64,000 nucleotides of DNA from Dehalococcoidia bacterium (GTDB taxonomy: Bacteria; Chloroflexota; Dehalococcoidia; Bin125). The notes beneath the pieces are model-generated. The model did no database searches, had not been told where the DNA came from, and saw nothing but the letters and a program-made list of their open reading frames with translations. Each line of letters starts with the position of its first letter. Within the stretch, counting starts at the first letter, position 1. The translations under genes and the position numbers were made by a program. Below are positions 1 through 7,495 of the stretch, in pieces. The stretch spans positions 2,744,376 to 2,808,375 of the forward strand of contig OZ247431.1 of NCBI GenBank assembly GCA_965232875.1. Direction: 5' to 3'.

Positions 1-391
1 TCGAGAGCGGCGGTCGGGCGGCCATCGTCGTCCAATGGCGCGTCGGCCAACTGTCGCTGCACTGTTCCCGATGTACGCAGACCCCGCCAGGCATCGAATG
101 TCGCCGCCAGCAGGATGGCCTGGATCAGGATTGATGCGGCTCGTCCGCTTCCGCCTGGGCGGGAGCGCTCGATCAGCGCTGCGGCGCGGATTGAAGCGGC
201 TGAGGCGGCGAACGGGGCAAAGACCCGTAGCCGCGGAGGCAAGGAAGCAAGGTAGCGGCTGCGGGACATCGCCCAGGCCAGCCAGGTCGGCCGCCCGTCG
301 GGCGGCGGGCCGAGCAGGTACTGCAGTGCGGCTTGCAGGATCAGCGCCAGAGCGAAGACAGAGAGTCGGTCGGCTGTGCGTCGCATTGAGC
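1..391 (-). CDS. possible 5' part of a gene running off the window start (hydrophobic N-terminus, membrane-protein-like)
   Basis: Hand translation of the reverse complement from an ATG near 389-391 gives MRRTADRLSVFALALILQAAL... with no stop before the window edge. It is absent from the ORF track because it runs off the edge. The translation was not checked independently. Confidence 0.2.
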
Positions 392-637
392 TTTGAGCAT
401 ATCCCTCAGTCTGGCCGGCTCGTGAATGTGTTGTAGAACACACTATGGGCGAGGCGAGGATGGATTTCGAGGGGCGCTTTTCCACGAACACCCGCAATTC
501 CCGATCGAGTTCGTGAAAAAGTTGACAAGCTAGGCCTCATGGGCACATAATGTGCATTGTTTCACAAACTCCCGTACGTGCGGAGATTCACAAGCGCAAT
601 CCGCCATCCAGGTTGAGTCAGAAAGCGAGTTGGACCG

Positions 638-847
638 ATGCCCGTTACTCCTCCGTCGAAATGCCCGCGCTGCTCAGGCATGATGCTCGTCGAATCCGAT
701 GCGCATAGCGTCTATTCCAGTTGCCTGTCCTGCGGGTATGTCTACGAGAACAGCATCATCTCGGTTTTCGAGCTCGAGCGCGAGCAGGCCGTCGAGGAAG
801 GCCGCCAGCGTCGCCGACAGCCGTCGCACGGCAAGCTTCGCCTGTAG
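638..847 (+). CDS. small zinc-ribbon-like protein (CPRC...CLSC)
   Basis: 69-aa ORF with two CxxC pairs. No family was recognised. It sits directly upstream of a second Cys-rich ORF. Confidence 0.3.
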   Translation: MPVTPPSKCPRCSGMMLVESDAHSVYSSCLSCGYVYENSIISVFELEREQAVEEGRQRRRQPSHGKLRL

Positions 848-1020
848 GCGCACACCAGTAGGCGAACATCAGCCAACTGGCCCCAACCGATCCCCTTCCC
901 GCGCGCGGCACAGACAGCTCTCAATGGGGTATGTCGCTGCGCTGCTCCCACGCTAGCCTGAGGCAAGAACGCGCCCCATTCGCTGAGGGGCGGGCAGCGC
1001 GCTGAGCGAGGACCGGTCGC

Positions 1021-1446
1021 GTGGAGATTCGCGAATACCACAAGGCGACGCGCTGCGCCCATCGCGGCCGGCTGCGCCGCTGCCGCGAACCGCTACTCGG
1101 TCAATGTCAGTACTGCGCCAAGGGATTCTGCGCCCGTCACGGACGCATCCAGGACGACGGTCAAGAGATCTGCATCACCGATCGCTGTGAGCAGTTGCGC
1201 GTTGATGTCGAGCAACACCTGATCTTCAAGGCGGCCGCGAAAGCGCTCAACCAAGAACAACGCTGCGGCGAGCCCGATTGTCCCCAGCCGCACTCACTGA
1301 TTTGCGACCGCTGCAGTTGCCGCTACTGCGAGGATCACTTGCGCCAGGTGATCATGACCCGTCCCCGGGGCGGGGAACTGATGACCGAGGCAGTGGCGAT
1401 CTGCGACCACTGTCGCGCGCGGCTACCGCTCTGGAGCGAGGAATGA
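1021..1446 (+). CDS. cysteine-rich (multiple CxxC) putative zinc-finger protein
   Basis: 141-aa ORF with at least 6 CxxC/CxxxC motifs (CQYC, CDRC, CRYC, CDHC...). Hypothetical. Confidence 0.45.
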   Translation: MEIREYHKATRCAHRGRLRRCREPLLGQCQYCAKGFCARHGRIQDDGQEICITDRCEQLRVDVEQHLIFKAAAKALNQEQRCGEPDCPQPHSLICDRCSCRYCEDHLRQVIMTRPRGGELMTEAVAICDHCRARLPLWSEE

Positions 1447-1905
1447 CTGCAGGATCTCAGCGTCGTGCGGAAAGACCGGCCGGGGCAGTCGATCAGACGG
1501 GACCATCGGAATCCAGGCGGCGGCGAGCGCTTCGGGACCGGGTCTGAGCGATCCGCCGGAGACGACGGCTCGGTAAGCGACGACGACAACCTGTTCTCCG
1601 CTGGTAGACCAGACACCAAGTAGCTCGCCAATTTCGGCTTCGATTCCCGTCTCCTCACGAACTTCCCGCGCAGCGGCGTCCTCGACCCGCTCGCCGGCGT
1701 CAACGAACCCCGACGGCCAGCTCCATTGGAACATGGCGGGTTCGTGGTTGCGGCGGATGTACAGCAGTCGACCCTGGTCATCGCTGACCAGCACCACGGC
1801 GGCGACCTTGGGATCGCGATAGTTGATCCAGTCGCAGGACGCGCAGCCCTCCGCCGACTCCAAGGGAGTGGCGCATTGGGGGCAGAATCGCGGGGGCGGC
1901 GGCAT
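1423..1905 (-). CDS. NUDIX hydrolase with N-terminal zinc ribbon
   Basis: N-terminal CPQC...CASC zinc ribbon. Nudix box GFVDAGERVEDAAAREVREETGIEAE (GX5EX7REUXEEXGU pattern). Confidence 0.85.
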   Translation of the reverse strand: MPPPPRFCPQCATPLESAEGCASCDWINYRDPKVAAVVLVSDDQGRLLYIRRNHEPAMFQWSWPSGFVDAGERVEDAAAREVREETGIEAEIGELLGVWSTSGEQVVVVAYRAVVSGGSLRPGPEALAAAWIPMVPSDRLPRPVFPHDAEILQSFLAPER

Positions 1906-1951
1906 CGTGTCGTGTTGCGTCGTGTCGACCGGATCGGTCCGCAGCCTACGG

Positions 1952-2704
1952 CTAGAAGACCGGCAGCGAGACTCGCTCGAAGTGCTCGTAGTAGCGGCCG
2001 TCGGCCGAGCTCCAGCGCTTTTCGACGTTGGCGATGAAGTCCTCGCCGCGGTCGCCGAACTGCGACACGTGTCGAGTCAGGGCGCGAATCTTGGTCTGGA
2101 TCACATCGGTGATGTCGATGTCGTAGTTGGCCTGCTGGCTGCCCCAGATGAACAGCTCGGCCACCTTGTGGCACTCGAGCCCCTCTTCAAGATGCTCAGG
2201 GTAGTTCAGGCGGTCGCGGGCCGTAGGGTAGACCGCATCGACGGTCATTTCACCGGTGCAACGGTGGTCGCGGTGATTGATGAAGCCTCGCCACTCGGAG
2301 AGCGGGTCGGACGGGTCGGCCTCGAGCGCTCGGCGATGGACGACATCCATTGAGTGCGTGAACACCGCGTGCGGCTGGAACTTGCGGATCGCTTTGACGA
2401 TGCCGCCCAGGTACTCGCGCGTGTACTCAAGCTCGCCGTCTTCGCCACCGAGGAATGTGCAATCGACGACACCGAGTTCTTCAGCGGCGTTGCGCTGCTC
2501 GACTTCGCGCATCGGGACGAGGCGCTCGGAGGTCATCTCCGGATCAGCCGTGCCCTTGGCGCCGTTGGTCACGACCAGATAGTGCATCTCCCAACCGAGG
2601 CTGGTCCACAACGCGGCGGTGCCGCCCGCACCGAAGTCGGGATCGTCGGGATGGGCGGCAACCACCAGGCCGACCTTGTTGTCGGTTTCGGGAGGCATGT
2701 TCAT
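1952..2704 (-). CDS. PIG-L/LmbE family N-acetylglucosaminyl deacetylase
   Basis: N-terminal VVAAHPDDPDFGAGGT (the HPDD motif of the LmbE/PIG-L family); about 250 aa. Confidence 0.85.
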   Translation of the reverse strand: MNMPPETDNKVGLVVAAHPDDPDFGAGGTAALWTSLGWEMHYLVVTNGAKGTADPEMTSERLVPMREVEQRNAAEELGVVDCTFLGGEDGELEYTREYLGGIVKAIRKFQPHAVFTHSMDVVHRRALEADPSDPLSEWRGFINHRDHRCTGEMTVDAVYPTARDRLNYPEHLEEGLECHKVAELFIWGSQQANYDIDITDVIQTKIRALTRHVSQFGDRGEDFIANVEKRWSSADGRYYEHFERVSLPVF

Positions 2705-2785
2705 TGGGCTGGTCTTTCAGAACGGAGCTGTAGCGCAGGGGGTTGACAGGACAAGCGTATACGCGCAGAATGAACAGGAACACGC

Positions 2786-2799
2786 AGAACGGACGTTCC
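2786..2799. promoter_or_regulatory. Cheo/Gram-positive-type LexA box candidate AGAACGGACGTTCC (GAAC-N4-GTTC) in the lexA/LmbE divergent promoter
   Basis: Read directly from the sequence. It matches the CGAACRNRYGTTYC consensus at 12-13 of 14 positions and lies about 110 bp upstream of the lexA ATG, consistent with autoregulation. Confidence 0.5.
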
Positions 2800-2829
2800 G
2801 CACACGTGCGCGGAGAGATGATATAATAC

Positions 2830-2844
2830 CTTATGTCACATAAG
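2830..2844. promoter_or_regulatory. perfect 7-1-7 palindrome CTTATGT-C-ACATAAG immediately downstream of a TATAAT-like hexamer (2822-2827)
   Basis: Read directly from the sequence. Its position relative to a -10-like box suggests an operator overlapping the lexA transcription start. The binding protein is unknown. Confidence 0.35.
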
Positions 2845-2910
2845 CTATCTCAATCGAACCGGCGCGCGTGACACGTGAATGGCGATAGAGAACGATCGGG
2901 GGCGAGAGCA

Positions 2911-3639
2911 ATGACAGACCAGACGACTCCCAGCAACGACCCGGACAGCACGCTGCCTCCGCGACGAGGAAAGCGTGGCCCGCGCTCGGACAAGCCCGAA
3001 CGCATCCTGGCCTTCCTCCAGGACTATTTTGCCCGCTATCACTATCCGCCCTCGGTGCGCGACATCGTTGAGGGTTGCAAGCTGTCATCGACATCTGTGG
3101 CCGACTACAACCTCAAAATCCTTGAGCGTGAGGGTCACATCCGCCGTGACCGCGAACGCGCCCGCACCATCTCACTGACTCAGCCGGTCGACCCCATTCA
3201 GCCAGCGCGGCTCGAGCCCAGCCTGACGCCGCTGAACATCCCTTTGCTCGGCTCGATCGCCGCCGGTACTCGCTCTCTGGTCCCCGAGGGTGTTGATGTC
3301 GACCACGCCGAGGGCCGGATCAGCGTCACCTCAGACATGCTGGCTGGTCGCGACCCGGAGCGCGTGTTCGCACTGACCGTGCGCGGCGATTCGATGATCG
3401 ACGCGCTGATCGCCGACAACGACACTGTGATCCTGGAAGAGACGCCAAATGTCTCCAACGGCCAAATGGCCGCGGTCTGGTTGCGCGAAGAGAACATCTG
3501 CACGCTCAAACGGCTCTTCTACGAGCAGGGACAGGTTCGGCTGCAGCCCGAGAATCCGACCATGGATCCGATCTTCACCGACGAATCGAACATGCAGATC
3601 CAGGGACGCGTGGTCTCAATCATCCGTCGGCCACACTGA
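2911..3639 (+). CDS. lexA: LexA repressor (S24 peptidase)
   Basis: N-terminal winged HTH (ILAFLQDYFARYHYPPSVRDIVEGCKLSSTSVADYNLKILEREGHIRRD). C-terminal S24 domain with the VRGDSM catalytic Ser motif and a Lys in CTLKRL. The ORF track starts at a GTG at 2875; the ATG at 2911 is preferred. Confidence 0.9.
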   Translation: MTDQTTPSNDPDSTLPPRRGKRGPRSDKPERILAFLQDYFARYHYPPSVRDIVEGCKLSSTSVADYNLKILEREGHIRRDRERARTISLTQPVDPIQPARLEPSLTPLNIPLLGSIAAGTRSLVPEGVDVDHAEGRISVTSDMLAGRDPERVFALTVRGDSMIDALIADNDTVILEETPNVSNGQMAAVWLREENICTLKRLFYEQGQVRLQPENPTMDPIFTDESNMQIQGRVVSIIRRPH

Positions 3640-3671
3640 TCGACAGAGCCGAGCCTGACACACAGTGTTTC

Positions 3672-3772
3672 TTCGTCATTGCCGCTCTCCGTCGCGGCAA
3701 TCTCGCGGCGTCCAGCACGGACGTCATTGCAGCACACTACGAGATACCCGCGACAAGCGCGGGTATGACGAT
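3672..3772. repeat. about 100-bp two-hairpin intergenic repeat (family R2: CGTCATTGCCGCG..CGCGGCAATCTCGC ... GAGATACCCGCGACAAGCGCGGGTATGACGG)
   Basis: Near-identical copies at 11486-11587 and 31602-31702. The second hairpin alone recurs at 36046-36102 and 40527-40559. Confidence 0.8.
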
Positions 3773-3823
3773 GGTCTGCGGCGCAGAAGGAGCGGTTGCG
3801 CCACATGTGCTTAGACTGAGTCT

Positions 3824-4816
3824 GTGCCTCCTGTTCTGAGCATTGACGATGTGAGCATTGAGTATCGGACTCGCGAAGAGCCGGTTCGTGCTGTTCGCGG
3901 TGCCTCGTTGACCCTGGAGCGCGGAGAGATTGTCGCGCTGGTCGGCGAGAGCGGGTCCGGCAAGACCACGCTAGGCCTGGCTATCCTCCGAATCCTGCCG
4001 CGTAACGCCGAGCAGACCACGGGCACGATCCGTTACGAGCATCGTGACCTCGGCGAACTGGACCGCAACGAGTTGCAGCGCATCCGCGGCGACCAGATTT
4101 CGATGATCTTCCAGGACCCGATCGCCGGACTGAACCCGATCATCACGGTCGGCCAGCAGGTCGAGGAAGTGATCACATCGCACCGAGACGTGAGCAAGCA
4201 ACAGGCACGGGAACGCGCCCTCGAGGCGCTCAATGCGATGCAGTTGCCCGACCCGGTCAGAATCGCCAAGTCCTATCCCGGAGAGCTCTCCGGCGGCATG
4301 TGTCAGCGCGTGATGATCGCGATTGCGACCGCGCTTGACCCTCAGCTCTTGATCGCCGACGAGCCGACCGCATCGCTCGACGTGACCGTGCAAGCGCAGA
4401 TTCTCTATGAGCTCGAGCGTCTGCGCGACGAACGCGGCACGGCGATTCTGCTGATTACGCACGACATGGGCGTTGTCGCACAAATTGCCGAACGTGTCGC
4501 CATCCTCTATGCAGGCAAGATGATGGAAGTCGACGACGTCATTCCGCTCTATCGGCAACCTCGTCACCCATACACCTGGGCGCTGCTCGACACGTTGCCG
4601 CGCCTCGACCGCCGCCGGCGCTCGCGTCTGCGGCAGATTCCCGGTGGGCTGCCCGACTTGACCAGTGAAGAGATCGGCGAGCACTGCGCGTATCTCTCGC
4701 GCTGTCCCAAGGCATTGACCCAGTGCCGAACCGAGGCAGAGCCGAAGCTCTCTGAGGTGGTCGGCGGACGCATCGGTCAACGCGTCGCGTGTTACAACCC
4801 GGTACTCGAGATTTAG
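3824..4816 (+). CDS. ABC transporter ATP-binding protein, oligopeptide/dipeptide (OppD/DppD) type, orphan
   Basis: Walker A GESGSGKTT, signature LSGGMCQRV, Walker B LLIADEPT. Cys-containing Opp/Dpp-type C-terminal extension. No permease or substrate-binding protein gene is adjacent. Confidence 0.85.
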   Translation: MPPVLSIDDVSIEYRTREEPVRAVRGASLTLERGEIVALVGESGSGKTTLGLAILRILPRNAEQTTGTIRYEHRDLGELDRNELQRIRGDQISMIFQDPIAGLNPIITVGQQVEEVITSHRDVSKQQARERALEALNAMQLPDPVRIAKSYPGELSGGMCQRVMIAIATALDPQLLIADEPTASLDVTVQAQILYELERLRDERGTAILLITHDMGVVAQIAERVAILYAGKMMEVDDVIPLYRQPRHPYTWALLDTLPRLDRRRRSRLRQIPGGLPDLTSEEIGEHCAYLSRCPKALTQCRTEAEPKLSEVVGGRIGQRVACYNPVLEI

Positions 4817-5817
4817 CGGCCCGCCGCGCCCGCGAGTTCGGCGACCAGCAACTCCACCGCCACGTCCTCGGGCAATCCACCAGCATCCGTGCGGTACTCA
4901 ATGATCGCCACCTCAGCCTCGAGGATTCGAGCTAGCGCGGCATCGGCCGACGCCTGTGTGTAGGACTGGGCCTGGCGGCGCACGCGCCGTGCCAGCCAGT
5001 CCATGTTTGTTTTCAATGCCGTCTGGATATCTTCGTTCGAGCCTTTCCGGTCCAGCACCTCGCGCGTGATCACGATCTGCCGGTACGTCCGAGCCAACAT
5101 CTGGATGATGCGGGTCTCCGGTTCTCCCTCGGCCCGCACACCGTCGAGCGCGCGCATGGCGTCGGCCAGGCGGCGTTCCGCCACCGCGTCGATGAGATTG
5201 AAGATGGTCACCGAACGCACGGCCGGGACCATCATCTCGACGACCGTCTCATCGACGTTGGCGTCGCCGGCATAGAGCGCCAGCTTGTCCACCGCCTGCG
5301 TCAGGGCTCCGCGATCGCCGCCGGCACGATCGACCAGCACCTGCGCCGCATTGCGAGTCAAGTGCAACCCGCGACGCCGTACCTCGCCGCGTAGCCACTG
5401 GATCGCTTCCTGTGGCTTCAGCCGAGCAAACTCTCGGACATCGGCCAATGGTTGAATCAGTTGCAGCATCGGATTGCCGCGCCGCAGCTCCTCCTCGACA
5501 AAGACCAGCACCGTGGTCGGCGGGAGCTGCTGCAGGACATCGGCTAATCCATCCCAGTCGCCGAGCTGTCTGCCCCGGCGTCCGCCGGGCTGGAAGCCGA
5601 ATCTTCCGCACAATCCGTCGACTCGGACCCAGCGAACTCCACCGAGAAACGGCGCCGCCGACACAGCCGCACCTAGCTCACCCAGCGATACGCGCGCTCC
5701 GTCGAACGACATGGAGTTGTTGCTTAGTGCTCCGTCGCTGTCGTGCTCACGACGCAGGGCCGCCACAGCCTCAAGTCGCGCAAACCGGTCCTCGCCGTGG
5801 AAGAGATATACCGCCAT
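4813..5817 (-). CDS. holA: DNA polymerase III delta subunit
   Basis: N-terminus MAVYLFHGEDRFA matches the HolA start motif (M.YL.YGE..F). The length and C-terminal helical domain fit. The start was moved to the internal ATG; the ORF track extends to 5862. Confidence 0.7.
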   Translation of the reverse strand: MAVYLFHGEDRFARLEAVAALRREHDSDGALSNNSMSFDGARVSLGELGAAVSAAPFLGGVRWVRVDGLCGRFGFQPGGRRGRQLGDWDGLADVLQQLPPTTVLVFVEEELRRGNPMLQLIQPLADVREFARLKPQEAIQWLRGEVRRRGLHLTRNAAQVLVDRAGGDRGALTQAVDKLALYAGDANVDETVVEMMVPAVRSVTIFNLIDAVAERRLADAMRALDGVRAEGEPETRIIQMLARTYRQIVITREVLDRKGSNEDIQTALKTNMDWLARRVRRQAQSYTQASADAALARILEAEVAIIEYRTDAGGLPEDVAVELLVAELAGAAGR

Positions 5818-5867
5818 TGGCTCAGAGCCTATCGACACCAGATTCGAGGTAGCACCGGACACAACAC

Positions 5868-5881
5868 GTGAATGGGTTCAC
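5868..5881. promoter_or_regulatory. GTGA-N6-TCAC palindrome (CRP/FNR-family-like site) about 70 bp upstream of nirA
   Basis: cGTGAatgggtTCACa read from the sequence; a second TTCAC half-site follows at about 5888. It is the only notable dyad in the nirA leader. Confidence 0.25.
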
Positions 5882-5949
5882 ATGACGTTCACGAAGGGCA
5901 ATCTGACGGCAACTCAGGAAGCGTAGCTTGGCATTGACAGGAGCTGACC

Positions 5950-7488
5950 ATGCCTGTGAACAAGATCGAAGTGCTGAAGACGGCCAAGGATGGCCTCGAC
6001 GTCCTGCCCGACATCCAACGCTATGCCGCCATGGCTGCGGCGGGCGAGGATCCGCGGATTCCCGCTGAGGACTTCGAGCGATTCAAGTGGTACGGACTCT
6101 TCCATCGCAAGCCGACGCCGGGCTACTACATGCTGCGCATGCGGATTCCCGGCGGTGTTCTGACTGCCGAGCAGATGGCCGCCATTGGAGAGATTGCCAA
6201 CCAGGTCGGTCGCGGCCATGCCGACATTACGACGCGTATGAACATTCAGCTCCGCTGGATCACCATTGAGGATGCGCCCTGGGTGCTGCAGCGGCTCTCG
6301 GCCGCCGGACTGACTTCTCAGCAGTCGGGGATGGACAACGTCCGCAACATCGTGACCTGTCCGCTCTCCGGCTTGACCGAGGACGAGGTGCTCGACACCC
6401 GACCCCTGGCCGTTCGCATGCAGCAGGCGATTGTCGGCGGCAAGCGATTCTCCAACCTCCCACGCAAGTTCAATCTCTCGGTCGTGGGTTGTCGAGAAGA
6501 TTGCGGCCACGCCCAGACGCACGATCTCTCGTTCGTCCCGGCCGAGCACGACAGCCAGGTTGGGCTCAATGTGTTCGTCGGTGGCGCGCTTGGCGGGATG
6601 TCGCCTGAATACGCGCGACCACTAGATGCATTCGTGACCGAGGACGACGCCGTCGACCTGGCCACCGCCATCCTTGATGTGTTTCGCGACCACGGACTAC
6701 GCGAGAAACGCAAAGAATCGCGGCTCAAGTGGCTGTTGCGCGAGTGGGGCATCGAACGATTTCGCGAGGTGGTGGAGCAGCAGTTCGGACGCAGGTTGCT
6801 GCGTGCCGGAACGTCACTGACAGAACGGCACGGCGGCGACCACATCGGCGTCACCACGCAGAGCGATCCTGAGCTGCGCACGATCGGTTGTCTTGTGCCG
6901 GTTGGCCGGATCACGGGCGACGACCTGATCGAGTGTTCGCAACTGTCCAAGGCTTACGGCTCGGCCGAGCTGCGGCTGACCGTGCAACAAAACGTGTTGA
7001 TTCCGAACGTGCACGCCGAACGCGTCCCGGCGCTGCTGGCAGAACCTCTGCTGCAGAAGTACTCGCCCACGCCGTCGGCGTTTATCCGCTCGATGGTGAC
7101 TTGCACCGGCAACGACTACTGCGCATTCGCGCTGATCGACACGAAGGGCGAAGCGCTGAAGCTGGCCGATGAGCTCGAGCAGCGATACAGCGTCGACCCG
7201 GACGCTGCGCCGGTACAGATCCGGATGTCGGGCTGCCCGCATGCCTGCGGTGTTCATCGCTCGGGCGAGATCGGACTGCTGGGCGGACGCAAGCGAATCG
7301 ATGGGCAAATCGTCGATGTCGCCGACATCTTCGCCGGCGGACGGCTCGGCGACGACCCGAAGTTTGGCGAGGCCGCCGAGCAAGCGGTCCAAACCACAGA
7401 GCTGGCCGATCACGTCGCCGAGCAGATTCGCGCCGTGCGCGGCGACGACGCGCTGACCGACCGTCGAGCGCCGGCACTCCTGGACTGA
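5950..7488 (+). CDS. nirA: ferredoxin-nitrite reductase (sirohaem/4Fe-4S NirA family)
   Basis: The nitrite/sulfite reductase ferredoxin-like half-domain and the 4Fe-4S-sirohaem Cys cluster (CTGNDYC...SGCPHACG) are recognisable. The narB and narK context favours nitrite over sulfite. Confidence 0.85.
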   Translation: MPVNKIEVLKTAKDGLDVLPDIQRYAAMAAAGEDPRIPAEDFERFKWYGLFHRKPTPGYYMLRMRIPGGVLTAEQMAAIGEIANQVGRGHADITTRMNIQLRWITIEDAPWVLQRLSAAGLTSQQSGMDNVRNIVTCPLSGLTEDEVLDTRPLAVRMQQAIVGGKRFSNLPRKFNLSVVGCREDCGHAQTHDLSFVPAEHDSQVGLNVFVGGALGGMSPEYARPLDAFVTEDDAVDLATAILDVFRDHGLREKRKESRLKWLLREWGIERFREVVEQQFGRRLLRAGTSLTERHGGDHIGVTTQSDPELRTIGCLVPVGRITGDDLIECSQLSKAYGSAELRLTVQQNVLIPNVHAERVPALLAEPLLQKYSPTPSAFIRSMVTCTGNDYCAFALIDTKGEALKLADELEQRYSVDPDAAPVQIRMSGCPHACGVHRSGEIGLLGGRKRIDGQIVDVADIFAGGRLGDDPKFGEAAEQAVQTTELADHVAEQIRAVRGDDALTDRRAPALLD

Positions 7489-7495
7489 GTGACAC

